Shown: in pieces, positions 10,294-19,829 of the stretch | How the letters are laid out: the number at the start of each line of letters is the position of its first letter | Numbering within the stretch: the first letter of the stretch is position 1 | Source: an uncultured Alphaproteobacteria bacterium | GTDB lineage: Bacteria > Pseudomonadota > Alphaproteobacteria > RF32 > CAG-239 | NCBI GenBank assembly: GCA_944390315.1 | Contig: CALXPO010000009.1 | Coordinates: forward strand, 10,945 to 74,944 | Direction: 5' to 3' | DNA length: 64,000 nt | The notes under the pieces: generated by a model | Told to the model about the DNA's origin: nothing | Database searches by the model: none | The model's input: the letters and a program-made list of their open reading frames with translations, nothing else | Program-made: the position numbers and the translations under genes

Positions 10294-10857
10294 CTAGAAA
10301 CGATAGCCTACGCCCAATCTCACGGAGAGATTATCGTATGATATGTGGTAACTGTCTGTCGGCTTAGGAAACATATATCCGACTTCGGCATTGACAAACC
10401 ATCTTTTGTCTTTGCTGAAGTTGATATTTGTTCCAAGTTTTACCCGCCAATGGAACATGTCTTTTTCGAAGACATCATGCCCACAATTGTTCTCCGGAGC
10501 ACCTTCAAGTATGGTATAGCCCCAGTTAATCCAAGAAGACATGAGATAGACCTCATATCTTTCGGCAAACGTGTGAGCCACACCAATTGACGGGCTAAAG
10601 TAAAGCAAATTTTTACGAGTTGCCCCCGGATCAATCCAACTTCCGCCAAGCTCCAGTTCTGCTCTGAGAAAGTAGCAGTTGAGTCCCACGGCAGCACCGT
10701 AAATCGGAGCCGGTTCGAGTACGTTAGCACCGCTAAAGACAATCACACTAGGTTTAACAGAGTCATCGCTCCAGTAGTCGTTTCTATTTGCGCTCTGCGC
10801 AGAAGCCGAAATAGCCATACCCATGACCATAACGGCAAAAAGAATAATTCTTTTCAT
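10294..10857 (-). CDS. Small outer-membrane beta-barrel protein (OmpW/OmpA-like barrel)
   Basis: Signal peptide MKRIILFAVMVMGMAISASAQS. Alternating amphipathic strands. C-terminal aromatic residue (…GVGYRF) typical of OMP barrels. Confidence 0.6.
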   Translation of the reverse strand: MKRIILFAVMVMGMAISASAQSANRNDYWSDDSVKPSVIVFSGANVLEPAPIYGAAVGLNCYFLRAELELGGSWIDPGATRKNLLYFSPSIGVAHTFAERYEVYLMSSWINWGYTILEGAPENNCGHDVFEKDMFHWRVKLGTNINFSKDKRWFVNAEVGYMFPKPTDSYHISYDNLSVRLGVGYRF

Positions 10858-11352
10858 AAATTAATAATTTTTTTAGACAACTATATAGTATCTCAAAAAA
10901 ACATAAAAGTAAAGAAAAATAGACAAAAAGTTTAGGAAAGCTCTATTTTAAGGATTCTATTGAATTATATCGTTATACGAATTATGTACGTGCCATTGCA
11001 AAAATTGCTCATAAATCTGAATGTTATCGCGTATAACCGCCATGTAATATTCAATTTCAGGAATTTTTAAATCATCGGGAGGTAGGTATTTAAGTTTTAA
11101 ATGGTTTCTTTTTGTTTTTTTGAAATTGTTTCTTCACTGCTTTTGTGAAATAGATAAAAAACAGTTTCCATATTTTTTGCCTGATTACAAATCAAACTCC
11201 CGATATTCGGGAGTTTGATTTGTAGTTGCCTTACGGAAATCCCCGAGTTTACTCGGGGCTAAGTGTCATTAGACACCGCTCCAAGCCGGCGAGCGGAATC
11301 AAACCGTAAGGTTTGTAGCTGCCCCGGTTTAGTGGGGGTATCTATGTTATCC

Positions 11353-12357
11353 TTATCTGCCGAAAACGGCATCTTTTAAGCGTTTAAGCGTAGCTTGAGC
11401 AACGGGACGAGCTTTGGCGGCACCGTTTTCGAGCATTCCTTCGACTTCATCAAAATGCGCCATGTAATAGTTGTATTTTTCACGCGCATCCTTAATTTCA
11501 TTAATGACGGCGTCGAGCAACATATTTTTGATATGACCGTAGCCGAGCTTTCCTTGACGCAGTCCGTCGCCCATTTCCTGTAATTGCTCCGGAGTCGCAA
11601 TCGATTTGTAAATCTGATAGACCAAAATTTCTTCTGGATCTTTGGGTTCCTCCATCGGACGCGAGTCGGTTTTTATTGAAAAAATCGCTTTTTTAATAGC
11701 TTTGTCGTCTTCAAACAAAGGAATAACGTTTCCGTAAGATTTGCTCATCTTACGTCCGTCGATTCCCGGAACGACAGCGACATGCTCATCAACGGCGTAA
11801 TCGGGCAAAACAAGCAGTTGCTTATTATAGTGAGCATTAATGATGCCGGCAATATCGCGAGCAATTTCAACATGCTGTATCTGATCTTTGCCGACGGGAA
11901 CAATATCCGTATCATAAGCTAGAATATCGGCAGCCATTAATGTCGGGTAAGTATAAAGTCCCATATTAATACCGTCATCATCCGGTTTTCCGGCAGCACG
12001 ATTTTTATCAACTGCGGCTTTGTAAGCATGAGCTTTATTCATAAAGCCTTTGGGGGTATAAGCATACAAGATGGTTGTAATCTCGGGGATTTCGGGAATA
12101 TCGGACTGACGATAAAAAACGGATTTGTTCGGATCAAGTCCGCCGGCTAAATAAACACATGCAATTTCTTTAAGTTTTTCACTCAAAATTTCCGGATTTT
12201 TTTCGGCATTAATCGCATGATAATCAGCAATAAACATATAGTGCTCTTTGGCATTCTTGCCCATGGCAATAGCGGGTTTGATTGCACCCAGATAATTACC
12301 CAAGTGAGGCGTACCGGTCGGTTTTACTCCGGTCAAAACTTTTTTATCTTCAAACAT
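11353..12357 (-). CDS. trpS: Tryptophan--tRNA ligase
   Basis: Class I aaRS motifs (TPHLGN variant of HIGH, KMSKS). 334 aa, typical TrpS length. Confidence 0.9.
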   Translation of the reverse strand: MFEDKKVLTGVKPTGTPHLGNYLGAIKPAIAMGKNAKEHYMFIADYHAINAEKNPEILSEKLKEIACVYLAGGLDPNKSVFYRQSDIPEIPEITTILYAYTPKGFMNKAHAYKAAVDKNRAAGKPDDDGINMGLYTYPTLMAADILAYDTDIVPVGKDQIQHVEIARDIAGIINAHYNKQLLVLPDYAVDEHVAVVPGIDGRKMSKSYGNVIPLFEDDKAIKKAIFSIKTDSRPMEEPKDPEEILVYQIYKSIATPEQLQEMGDGLRQGKLGYGHIKNMLLDAVINEIKDAREKYNYYMAHFDEVEGMLENGAAKARPVAQATLKRLKDAVFGR

Positions 12358-12455
12358 TTCTTATATGACCTTATAAATTTTTATTGTATTTATTTACAGA
12401 ATTGATACTCTAAGCAAGTTTATAAATCAATAAAAAACATAAAGGACATTGGAGA

Positions 12456-13733
12456 ATGCTGGATATAAAATTTATTATCGAGAACCAACAATTGGTTGAA
12501 GAAGGAATAGCCAAAAAAGGCTTACAAGTTGATATCAAAGGACTTATTGCTTTACATAAAGATATTAATAAGCTCAAAACTTCTTCTCAGGCTTTGGCTG
12601 AAGAGAAGAATCGATTAAGTAACTCGATAAAATCAGCTTCTGCCGAAGAACGTCCCAACATTATTGCCAAAAGTAAAGCTCTTGGTGAAGAATTAAAGGC
12701 AGAACAAGAAAAACTGGCGGCAGAACAGGCAAAATTCGATGATATTATGTGGCGTATGCCCAATCTCCCCAGCCCAGAAAGTCCGGTCGGAAAAGATGAT
12801 AGTGAAAATGTGGTCAGAAGAAGAGTCGGCGAACCGACCAAGTTTGATTTTACACCGCGTGACCATGTCGAATTAATGGATTTAAACGGCTGGAGTGAAA
12901 TGGAACGCATTACCAAAGTTTGCGGTTCGAGAACTTATGCCATTACTAATGAATTGGCTCGTTTGGAACTGGCTATTCACTTGATAGTTATGGATAAATT
13001 GGCCGAAAACGGTTTTAGAGTCATTAACGTGCCGTCAATTTCCAAAGAAAAACCACTTTATGGACAAGGATATTTACCTTTTGCTCGTGACGAAATCTAC
13101 TATATGCCCGAAGATGATTTGTATTTGTCGGGAACGGCTGAGCTTATTTTGAATTCATTGCGTGCCGATGAAATTATTCCCGAAAATGAGTTGCCGATTT
13201 TATATGCCGGTTTTTCCCCTTGCTTTCGTCGCGAAGCCGGTGCGGCAGGCAAAGATACCAGAGGTTTAACGCGTGTCCATCAATTTTTAAAGACGGAACA
13301 ATTCGTTATCTGCAAAAACGATGTGAACGAAAGCGAAAAATGGCACAAAAAACTGTTGCAGATTTCCGAAGAAATTTTGCAAGATTTGGAGTTGCCGTAT
13401 CAGGTTTTGGAAGTTTGTACCGGTGATATGGGTGCGCCTAAATATCGTCAATATGATTTGGAAGCCTGGGTTCCGACACAAAATTGTTATCGTGAAACTC
13501 ACAGCTGTTCAAATATTACCGATTGGCAAGCACGCCGTACTAATTTGCGTTATCGTGATAATACAGATGGCAAGGTTAAATTTGTTCATACTTTGAACAA
13601 TACCGGTATTGCCACTCCGCGTGTCCTGGTTCCGTTTTTGGAAAATCATCAGCAAGCCGATGGCTCGATTCGTATCCCCGAAAAACTGCAACCCTATATG
13701 ATGGGTAAGAAATTTATCGGTGGAAAGAAGTAA
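12456..13733 (+). CDS. serS: Serine--tRNA ligase
   Basis: 425 aa with N-terminal coiled-coil arm and class II core. Divergent from trpS. Confidence 0.9.
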   Translation: MLDIKFIIENQQLVEEGIAKKGLQVDIKGLIALHKDINKLKTSSQALAEEKNRLSNSIKSASAEERPNIIAKSKALGEELKAEQEKLAAEQAKFDDIMWRMPNLPSPESPVGKDDSENVVRRRVGEPTKFDFTPRDHVELMDLNGWSEMERITKVCGSRTYAITNELARLELAIHLIVMDKLAENGFRVINVPSISKEKPLYGQGYLPFARDEIYYMPEDDLYLSGTAELILNSLRADEIIPENELPILYAGFSPCFRREAGAAGKDTRGLTRVHQFLKTEQFVICKNDVNESEKWHKKLLQISEEILQDLELPYQVLEVCTGDMGAPKYRQYDLEAWVPTQNCYRETHSCSNITDWQARRTNLRYRDNTDGKVKFVHTLNNTGIATPRVLVPFLENHQQADGSIRIPEKLQPYMMGKKFIGGKK

Positions 13734-13744
13734 TTTTATATAAA

Positions 13745-13780
13745 TTAAAAAAAATCCCGAGTATACCTCGGGATTTTTTT
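13745..13780 (+). terminator. Rho-independent terminator after serS
   Basis: aaaaaaaatcccgag-tatac-ctcgggattttttt: perfect 8-bp GC-rich stem followed by a T-run. Confidence 0.8.
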
Positions 13781-13787
13781 GTAAAAA

Positions 13788-13816
13788 ATTGACAAAAAAC
13801 TGTTTTCGGGTATAAT
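13788..13816 (+). promoter_or_regulatory. Near-consensus sigma70 promoter (TTGACA-N16/17-TATAAT) for the 1253-aa gene
   Basis: ttgaca at 13788-13793 and tataat at 13810-13815. A GAGGT RBS sits about 8 nt before the ATG at 13854. Confidence 0.65.
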
Positions 13817-13853
13817 TTTTATTATAAACTTATACAAAAAATGAGGTAAGGCG

Positions 13854-16800
13854 ATGGCTGAAAAAATTTTGCTGGGCGATGCCCTGAGAAGTATTATCTT
13901 AAAAGGTTCTAGGGAAACAGCCGCCGATTATGAACGTCAGTTGCGTGAAGCGGATAACGAACGTAAAAAAGCTCAGGCAGAGTTTAAGGAAAAAAGCGCC
14001 GGAAAAATAAAAGAACTGAAACAACAAATAAAAGAGTTAAGTGCCGAGATTAAAACCGCCGAACCGGCAAGAAAGAAGGAACTTGGCGAACAGATCAAAA
14101 AACTCAATGCCGAAATTGAACAATATAAAATTCCTCCCGTCAATCGTTTTACCTATCTTGACAGTGATATCAAGGCCTATGCCGGTGCCCAACTGTTGTT
14201 TAAGCCGATGTTGGGCGAAGAAGTTTTAAAAAGCAACAATATTGAATTTGACATAAACGAGCAGGGGCGTATTGAAGTCGACGCCAAGCAGCTGAGCGAC
14301 AGTGTTTTAGGCGACAAAATCAGAGAAGCTGCCGATTATATTTTCGTTCGTACTCGTGAGCTGAATGAAAAAATAACGCAAGCATCCGACATTAACAATA
14401 TTATTCGTGCCGATGCCAAAAATTTACTGAATATTGATGATGTTGAAAAAATAGATTTTGATTTAATTGAACGCTGCCACAAAGCCTATGAATATGAAAA
14501 TGCGGAAAAAGCACGCAGAAGAAAACAGGCAGAGCAACGCAAACAAGAAAGTTTGACCGGAATTAAAGTTATCAAAGAATATCCTGACGGCTATTCAATG
14601 GTTGAGATGCTGCCAAGCCCGGTTTATAACGAACAAGGAAAACTGTTGCATCACGCATCGCTGAAGTTTGAATCCGATGAAATGGGACACTGCGTCGGTC
14701 GCGGCGGCTACGACAAATATATTGGTGAAGAAGGGTGGCATTTTTATTCTCTGCGCGGGGCGGACGAAAACGGTGTAATGGTTCCGCACTGTACCATTTC
14801 AATAGAAAACGGCAAATTGGCACAAATTAAAGGTAATTCCAACGGTGCGGTTAAAAACAAATACATTCCCGATGTCAGAGATTTTGTAAAGTCTCTTGAT
14901 ATGCCGATACCTGAGTCCGAAAAATCAAGAATTGGTTATGTAAGAGATATCGATAGTCATGAAGTAGATCTGTTTGCCTTGGAAGCAGGTACCAGATTAA
15001 ATAAATTAAAATTGTCAGCCGGAGATCATAAGGGAATGAGGCTGGCTAATATTTCATATGTTAACACGCTCAGTTTTGAAGGCGGAGTAACTCAAAAAGA
15101 TTTTGAGGAAATTGCTAAAATCGGTAAAATAGAAAATCTGGTTTTGTCGGATGAAAACGAGGCTCAATGCTATGCACAAACTCTTCCCAAAGTTGAAAAA
15201 CTGATTATAAAAGGCAATTTTGCCATACCTGACCTTGGCAAAGTTCAGTATGCCAAATTCACGGCTATGCAGGAATATAATTTTGATTATAACTATGAGC
15301 AGCTGAAACAAATTGATTTTGATGAGAGAATTGTTCTCAATACCGAAAGAGCGCCAATCCTTGAAGAAGGAATTACGGGAGGTGCATGGGGCGATACCTC
15401 CAAACTTTCCACTAAAGAATTATTACTTAAAATGTTCGGCAGCAAGTGGGTGGAAAAGCACGTTTCCGAGCAAAACGGGCAATTGACCGTAGATACAGAT
15501 TTGAATTTTGACGGACGACGTCTGACCCGTTTTCCGTATGATTTCGGTCATGTAAAAATAAACGGAACGCTCAGTTTGCAAGATAATCTTTTAATGGATA
15601 ATGAGAGCCCCCTTGGATATCCCGAATGTCAAAAAATGATAATCAACCATTCGTACGGATGTCCGAAATTTGACCGATTTGAAACCTTACCGCGGTTGCC
15701 CGAAGGAATTGACTGTTTGGGTAGCAATGATATTGAGCTCTATACCAATTCCATCAGCAAAATTTCTCAAAAATTAAACATTACCAACGGCCAAAAATTA
15801 ACTCAGAAAGACGGCAAATTGTATTATCAAGGCGATTTGGATTTTTCAAAAGTTGCTGTTCTGATGCAAAGAAACTTAGAACTCGATATGAGCGAATTAT
15901 ATGTCGACGGTTCGGTTAAGGTTCCTCATAATACAAAATTTTTCCCCAATGCGAAAAAAATAGAAATTCCCTATGTGGACAGAGATATTCGTGTGCCGGA
16001 TGTGACGGAACAGATTATTGTGAACAATGCTTACGGCAATGACGGCCTGTACAATATTGAAGGAAAAAACTTAAAAAATATTACGTATAAAGATTATGTT
16101 CAGCTCAGAGCAACAGATTTACAAGGACTGAGTTCAAAACCTGACTACTGCGGAGAGTTTATTTTACGTCCGACGGAAGTTTCGGGAGTGGATTTGTCCG
16201 CTTGGAAATTGAAGCAAAAGCTACGTATATACGATGAACAGGTCTTCGAAAATGTGTCGATTCTGCCTCAGTGCCGCGAACTTAATATCGAATGTCCGCT
16301 GACAGAAACGATGCTTGCCAAGATAAATCCGCAAACCCAAACGCTTCGTTGTCAAAATTTGTTTGATGTCGATATGCTGCCGCGAGAAAGTCAGATAAAG
16401 TATGTCGGTGTAAGCTATCAGCAGACAAAAGATAAAGAAAGTTTTGACAAATTTATTCATCAGTTGTCTGAAAGAGGCATAATGATTGAGAACCTGAATA
16501 ATATTGATTATTCGCAAGATTTATCCGATATATTGGTCAAAAATGTTGAAATGCGTTGGAAAAGTGATATTAAAAATATTTCTAAATTTCCTAAAGCTGA
16601 AAAATTGCATATTTTAAGTCCGGGCTATGATTTTGAAAAAGATTTTTTAAAAGATGCAACTCCATATTTAAAGGAGTTGGAACTTGGTTATATGAATGAA
16701 AAGACGGATTTTTCGGCTTTGCCGTCTGATGTTAAACTTGAAAAACTACACATATATGACAGTTCCGTTCAGGCGGATATTTTTCGGCAACTGCCGACAT

Positions 16801-17615
16801 CTGTTAAGAGCGTTAACTTTTTAAGATGCAGAAATAATATTGATTTTGAAGCCATCAACAGTTTACCGAATTTGGAAAAACTGGAAATAAACCAAATGAA
16901 TGTTCCGGACAATGCCTTTGATAAAGTTGATCCTGAGCGTTTGAAACAAATTAAGATAAGCGGTGATGTGCGAACGGTTATGCGCGTACAAGAAATTTTA
17001 GCGATTCATCAGTTGCCGCCGACAGAAGAAAATAATAAAATTAAACAACTTCATCAATGGCTGACGGATGATAGAAATAATATTGATTATGCCGCTAAGC
17101 AAATTGTTTTTTATTCAACGGCCGCAGATGTGTTGAAGGGCAAGCATCCGCAACCGATAACGGCGGAAGAATTGTCGGCTCGCGTTCGTGGTGTTGAAAA
17201 GTTTAAATTAGACAGTTGTGCCAAAATTATTATGGCTAATGAACTCAATCATAAAACAGGCGATGATAAAATCGGCAGAACGGTTTTAGACGATTATAAG
17301 GGTAAAAAAGCCGGATATTATACTCATATGTCAAACTATTATGAGCGAGATAAAGATTTTGGCAAGATTGGTCAAATTATGAAAGCAGCGGTAACCCGTA
17401 ACATAAAACATCATCCTGATTTTAGGAAAGCTGAAAATATAGTTGAAGACAGAATGGGTGCGCATCAACGGTCGCTGCAATCCGATTTCAATCGATTGTT
17501 GAGTGAGCGAGCTGAAAGTCTCACAACTTATGAGTATTATAATCAATCGAGATTCAAGGCAGATAAATATAGCTTTAATCAAGCGGTGCAAAAAATGTGT
17601 GAATATAAACGCTGA
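13854..17615 (+). CDS. Large (1253 aa) coiled-coil / LRR-like repeat protein of unknown function; eukaryotic-like effector candidate
   Basis: N-terminal ~100 aa Lys/Glu-rich coiled coil. Conserved-looking His/Cys module (GHCVGRGGYDKYIGEEGWHFYSLRG…PHCTI). C-terminal half with leucine-rich-repeat-like periodicity (LEKLHIYDSS, LPNLEKLEINQMNV, LKELELGYMN). No signal peptide visible. Monocistronic between a strong promoter and a terminator. Confidence 0.5.
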   Translation: MAEKILLGDALRSIILKGSRETAADYERQLREADNERKKAQAEFKEKSAGKIKELKQQIKELSAEIKTAEPARKKELGEQIKKLNAEIEQYKIPPVNRFTYLDSDIKAYAGAQLLFKPMLGEEVLKSNNIEFDINEQGRIEVDAKQLSDSVLGDKIREAADYIFVRTRELNEKITQASDINNIIRADAKNLLNIDDVEKIDFDLIERCHKAYEYENAEKARRRKQAEQRKQESLTGIKVIKEYPDGYSMVEMLPSPVYNEQGKLLHHASLKFESDEMGHCVGRGGYDKYIGEEGWHFYSLRGADENGVMVPHCTISIENGKLAQIKGNSNGAVKNKYIPDVRDFVKSLDMPIPESEKSRIGYVRDIDSHEVDLFALEAGTRLNKLKLSAGDHKGMRLANISYVNTLSFEGGVTQKDFEEIAKIGKIENLVLSDENEAQCYAQTLPKVEKLIIKGNFAIPDLGKVQYAKFTAMQEYNFDYNYEQLKQIDFDERIVLNTERAPILEEGITGGAWGDTSKLSTKELLLKMFGSKWVEKHVSEQNGQLTVDTDLNFDGRRLTRFPYDFGHVKINGTLSLQDNLLMDNESPLGYPECQKMIINHSYGCPKFDRFETLPRLPEGIDCLGSNDIELYTNSISKISQKLNITNGQKLTQKDGKLYYQGDLDFSKVAVLMQRNLELDMSELYVDGSVKVPHNTKFFPNAKKIEIPYVDRDIRVPDVTEQIIVNNAYGNDGLYNIEGKNLKNITYKDYVQLRATDLQGLSSKPDYCGEFILRPTEVSGVDLSAWKLKQKLRIYDEQVFENVSILPQCRELNIECPLTETMLAKINPQTQTLRCQNLFDVDMLPRESQIKYVGVSYQQTKDKESFDKFIHQLSERGIMIENLNNIDYSQDLSDILVKNVEMRWKSDIKNISKFPKAEKLHILSPGYDFEKDFLKDATPYLKELELGYMNEKTDFSALPSDVKLEKLHIYDSSVQADIFRQLPTSVKSVNFLRCRNNIDFEAINSLPNLEKLEINQMNVPDNAFDKVDPERLKQIKISGDVRTVMRVQEILAIHQLPPTEENNKIKQLHQWLTDDRNNIDYAAKQIVFYSTAADVLKGKHPQPITAEELSARVRGVEKFKLDSCAKIIMANELNHKTGDDKIGRTVLDDYKGKKAGYYTHMSNYYERDKDFGKIGQIMKAAVTRNIKHHPDFRKAENIVEDRMGAHQRSLQSDFNRLLSERAESLTTYEYYNQSRFKADKYSFNQAVQKMCEYKR

Positions 17616-17616
17616 C

Positions 17617-17648
17617 AAAAAGCCGCTCGTAATTATGAGCGGCTTTTT
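17617..17648. terminator. Bidirectional rho-independent terminator
   Basis: aaaaagccgctcgtaattatgagcggcttttt: 8-bp stem with an A-run on one side and a T-run on the other. Separates the convergent 1253-aa gene and the small-membrane-protein operon. Confidence 0.8.
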
Positions 17649-17677
17649 GATATCATATGGAGAGATTATGCTTAAAA

Positions 17678-18109
17678 TTAAAGCGGTGTTGTTCCCGGTG
17701 TTGCCCAAAAAGCGACGGGATTTTCTTTGCATATTTCAAAGAAAATAGGGTAAGTCAAGGTAGTGATTGCAAACCAAAGGACAAACGCGGTCAAAGAAAG
17801 AGCATAAGCAGTCGCGTGTTTCTTAAAGTTTTTCTCTGTTGTAAACATCAAAGGCAAAGCCCGGTAAAAGATATATGCGCCGATGAGCAGTGGTACGACA
17901 TTTTCAAATGTATACAGATAAATATTGTCTTTACTGTCAGTTCGTCCGGGGATGACAATGGTTATAAAATCTTCAATTAAGAAATAGAAATAGACACTCC
18001 AAGCCCATAAGAAGAAAATTTGAAAGATGAGGATAAAAGAAGCCGCAAGCGGTCTTTGTTTGAAATTTTGTATGTAATGATTAAAGTAATTAATGATTTT
18101 ATCTTTCAT
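17678..18109 (-). CDS. Small 4-TM membrane protein, paralog B of a tandem pair
   Basis: 143 aa. MKDKIINYFNHYIQNFKQRP… is about 60-65% identical to the upstream gene product. Start overlaps the upstream stop by 1 nt (TAATG). Confidence 0.6.
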   Translation of the reverse strand: MKDKIINYFNHYIQNFKQRPLAASFILIFQIFFLWAWSVYFYFLIEDFITIVIPGRTDSKDNIYLYTFENVVPLLIGAYIFYRALPLMFTTEKNFKKHATAYALSLTAFVLWFAITTLTYPIFFEICKENPVAFWATPGTTPL

Positions 18110-18591
18110 TATTGTTTATCCTTAACAAAATTTTCTTGGGTAGGAGTGATTAATATCTTTGAAACCATAGGTTGAGGTTCTTTTGCCCAAAAGGTGTAAG
18201 CAACCTCTTTATATGTTCCGAATAAAATACTGTGAGGAGCCGTCAGCATAAAAAGCCAACAAATAAATCCCATAAAAGATAGAGCATAAGCAGTCGCGCG
18301 TTTTTTTAAATTCTTCTCTGTCACAAACATCAAAGGTAAACTACGGTAAAAGATATATCCGCAGACAATAAACAAAGTAATGTTATCAAGTATAAACAGA
18401 TAAACATTTTGTTTGCCCGATAGAAATCCGGGGATAACAATGGTTATAAAATCCTCAATTAAGAAATAGAAACATATTCCCCACCACCATAAGAAAAAAA
18501 TTTGAAAGATGAGGGTAAAAGAAGCAGCAATCGGTCTTTGTTTGAAGTTTTGCAGATACCGATTAAGGTAATTAATGATTTTATCTTTCAT
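18109..18591 (-). CDS. Small 4-TM membrane protein, paralog A of a tandem pair
   Basis: 160 aa. MKDKIINYLNRYLQNFKQRP…. Same hydropathy layout as paralog B. AGGACAGG RBS. Confidence 0.6.
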   Translation of the reverse strand: MKDKIINYLNRYLQNFKQRPIAASFTLIFQIFFLWWWGICFYFLIEDFITIVIPGFLSGKQNVYLFILDNITLFIVCGYIFYRSLPLMFVTEKNLKKRATAYALSFMGFICWLFMLTAPHSILFGTYKEVAYTFWAKEPQPMVSKILITPTQENFVKDKQ

Positions 18592-18639
18592 GCGACCTGT
18601 CCTTTCAGAAATTTTGCCATGCGATGATAAAGGAATTTT

Positions 18640-19017
18640 TTATATAAATTTGGGGATTAAAAATGAAGGCAAAAGCCCTTGCAAAAAAAAGATGATAAAA
18701 ATTATGGCGTAAAATATCACAACCGCCGACAGTCGAACAATGAAAAAATGTTTGGGGTTGAGCCATACTTTTCCCAATCGATAAAAAGCGTAAGGGAAGA
18801 TAAGTAACTGTAAAAAGATGTGCATAAAGCCAAAGACATAATCATCAAGAGAAAATCCCGCTCGGTTGACAATGTAGAGCCTCACGGCATAAACGATGTA
18901 GAAAACGAAAAATCCCCATCCGAGCCCAAGGACGCCCTTCTGTAATAAGGTCAAGATTTGCGCAAGGAGCATATTTTTTTTATTGTTTTGAGAAGAAATT
19001 TCAGTTTCGTTTTTCAT
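18640..19017 (-). CDS. Small polytopic membrane protein, unknown function
   Basis: I prefer the internal start MKNETEIS at 19017, which has a GAGG RBS 5 nt upstream, over the ORF-track start at 19080. About 4 TM segments. Confidence 0.5.
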   Translation of the reverse strand: MKNETEISSQNNKKNMLLAQILTLLQKGVLGLGWGFFVFYIVYAVRLYIVNRAGFSLDDYVFGFMHIFLQLLIFPYAFYRLGKVWLNPKHFFIVRLSAVVIFYAIIFIIFFLQGLLPSFLIPKFI

Positions 19018-19192
19018 AAAAACCTCATTTTTTATGGAGAAAACATCGGCTTGCCTTTGTCTGCGGTCAAACAGAAACAACCTATTAATAGGTTATAACA
19101 AAAGGGAAAATAAGTCAATCTAAAATTGAATATTTTTATACAACAGCAATTTTCAATTGAAATAACTGGTGGCAGATAAAAACAACCTTCAA

Positions 19193-19714
19193 TTACTGCG
19201 GATAAGAATTGCGGACGAAGCGAACGATATCGGCATCTGCCCAAGAGGTAAACTCAATTGTCGAAATATCTGGCATTAGGTTTGAGAAAATACTTTCCAC
19301 TGCCCATAAAGCATAAGGTATCAAAAAAAAGATGCCGACGGAGCATAAAAGAATTAAAATTTTCTTGCCGGCACCGACTTGCTCAACAAAAAAACCGCGA
19401 TAAAAACGAACAAATAAGGGGACGGATATGACCAAAAGCAATAAAATTTCCCCAATAACCGTATAAACACCGTAACAAGGTACGGTCGGTAAAGAAAAGT
19501 CGCAATAGCACCCTTTGGTTACAATCATAGTCAACGCATGACCGATTTCACTGAAATATACCCACCAACCGATAATAAACAGAAGATTCAACAAATTATG
19601 ACCGTATCTTTCGGCTTTGGTCGAAGTATATTCGGCGGTTTTCGGCGTATAAGAAGGGGTGTATCGCGTATTCATAAATTTTCTCCCGATAAATTTAAGA
19701 TTATCATAGGACAA
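19193..19714 (-). CDS. Polytopic membrane protein, unknown function
   Basis: 173 aa with hydrophobic segments (LLNLLFIIGWWVYF, VIGEILLLLVISVPLF, ILILLCSVGIFFLIPYALW). First gene of the minus-strand 4-gene cluster. Divergent from the HAD gene. Confidence 0.5.
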   Translation of the reverse strand: MSYDNLKFIGRKFMNTRYTPSYTPKTAEYTSTKAERYGHNLLNLLFIIGWWVYFSEIGHALTMIVTKGCYCDFSLPTVPCYGVYTVIGEILLLLVISVPLFVRFYRGFFVEQVGAGKKILILLCSVGIFFLIPYALWAVESIFSNLMPDISTIEFTSWADADIVRFVRNSYPQ

Positions 19715-19829
19715 ACTAAATTAAGAAACAACTTCTTTTATTGTGTAAAAAATACCGGAGAAAATGGGGTTTTGCTTGTAATTTTATCAAATTGCTTTAT
19801 CCTCATAGTCAAAACGGAGAAATTGTCGA

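Noticed and set aside
10858-11352. T-box or attenuator leader for trpS
   Set aside because: The structured element lies 3' of trpS on its coding strand, not in its leader. T-box leaders are also not expected in alphaproteobacteria. Kept only as an unclassified structured element.
17331-17732. 133-aa minus-strand ORF across the end of the 1253-aa gene and the terminator
   Set aside because: It overlaps the 3' end of the large gene and the bidirectional terminator. Implausible as a gene.
19538-19829. N-terminal 97 codons of the ORF-track call for the HAD hydrolase
   Set aside because: This segment overlaps the minus-strand membrane protein gene 19193-19714 and has no HAD motifs. The real start is the ATG at 19830 (MQKLDVNKLKVAVFDWDGTL).
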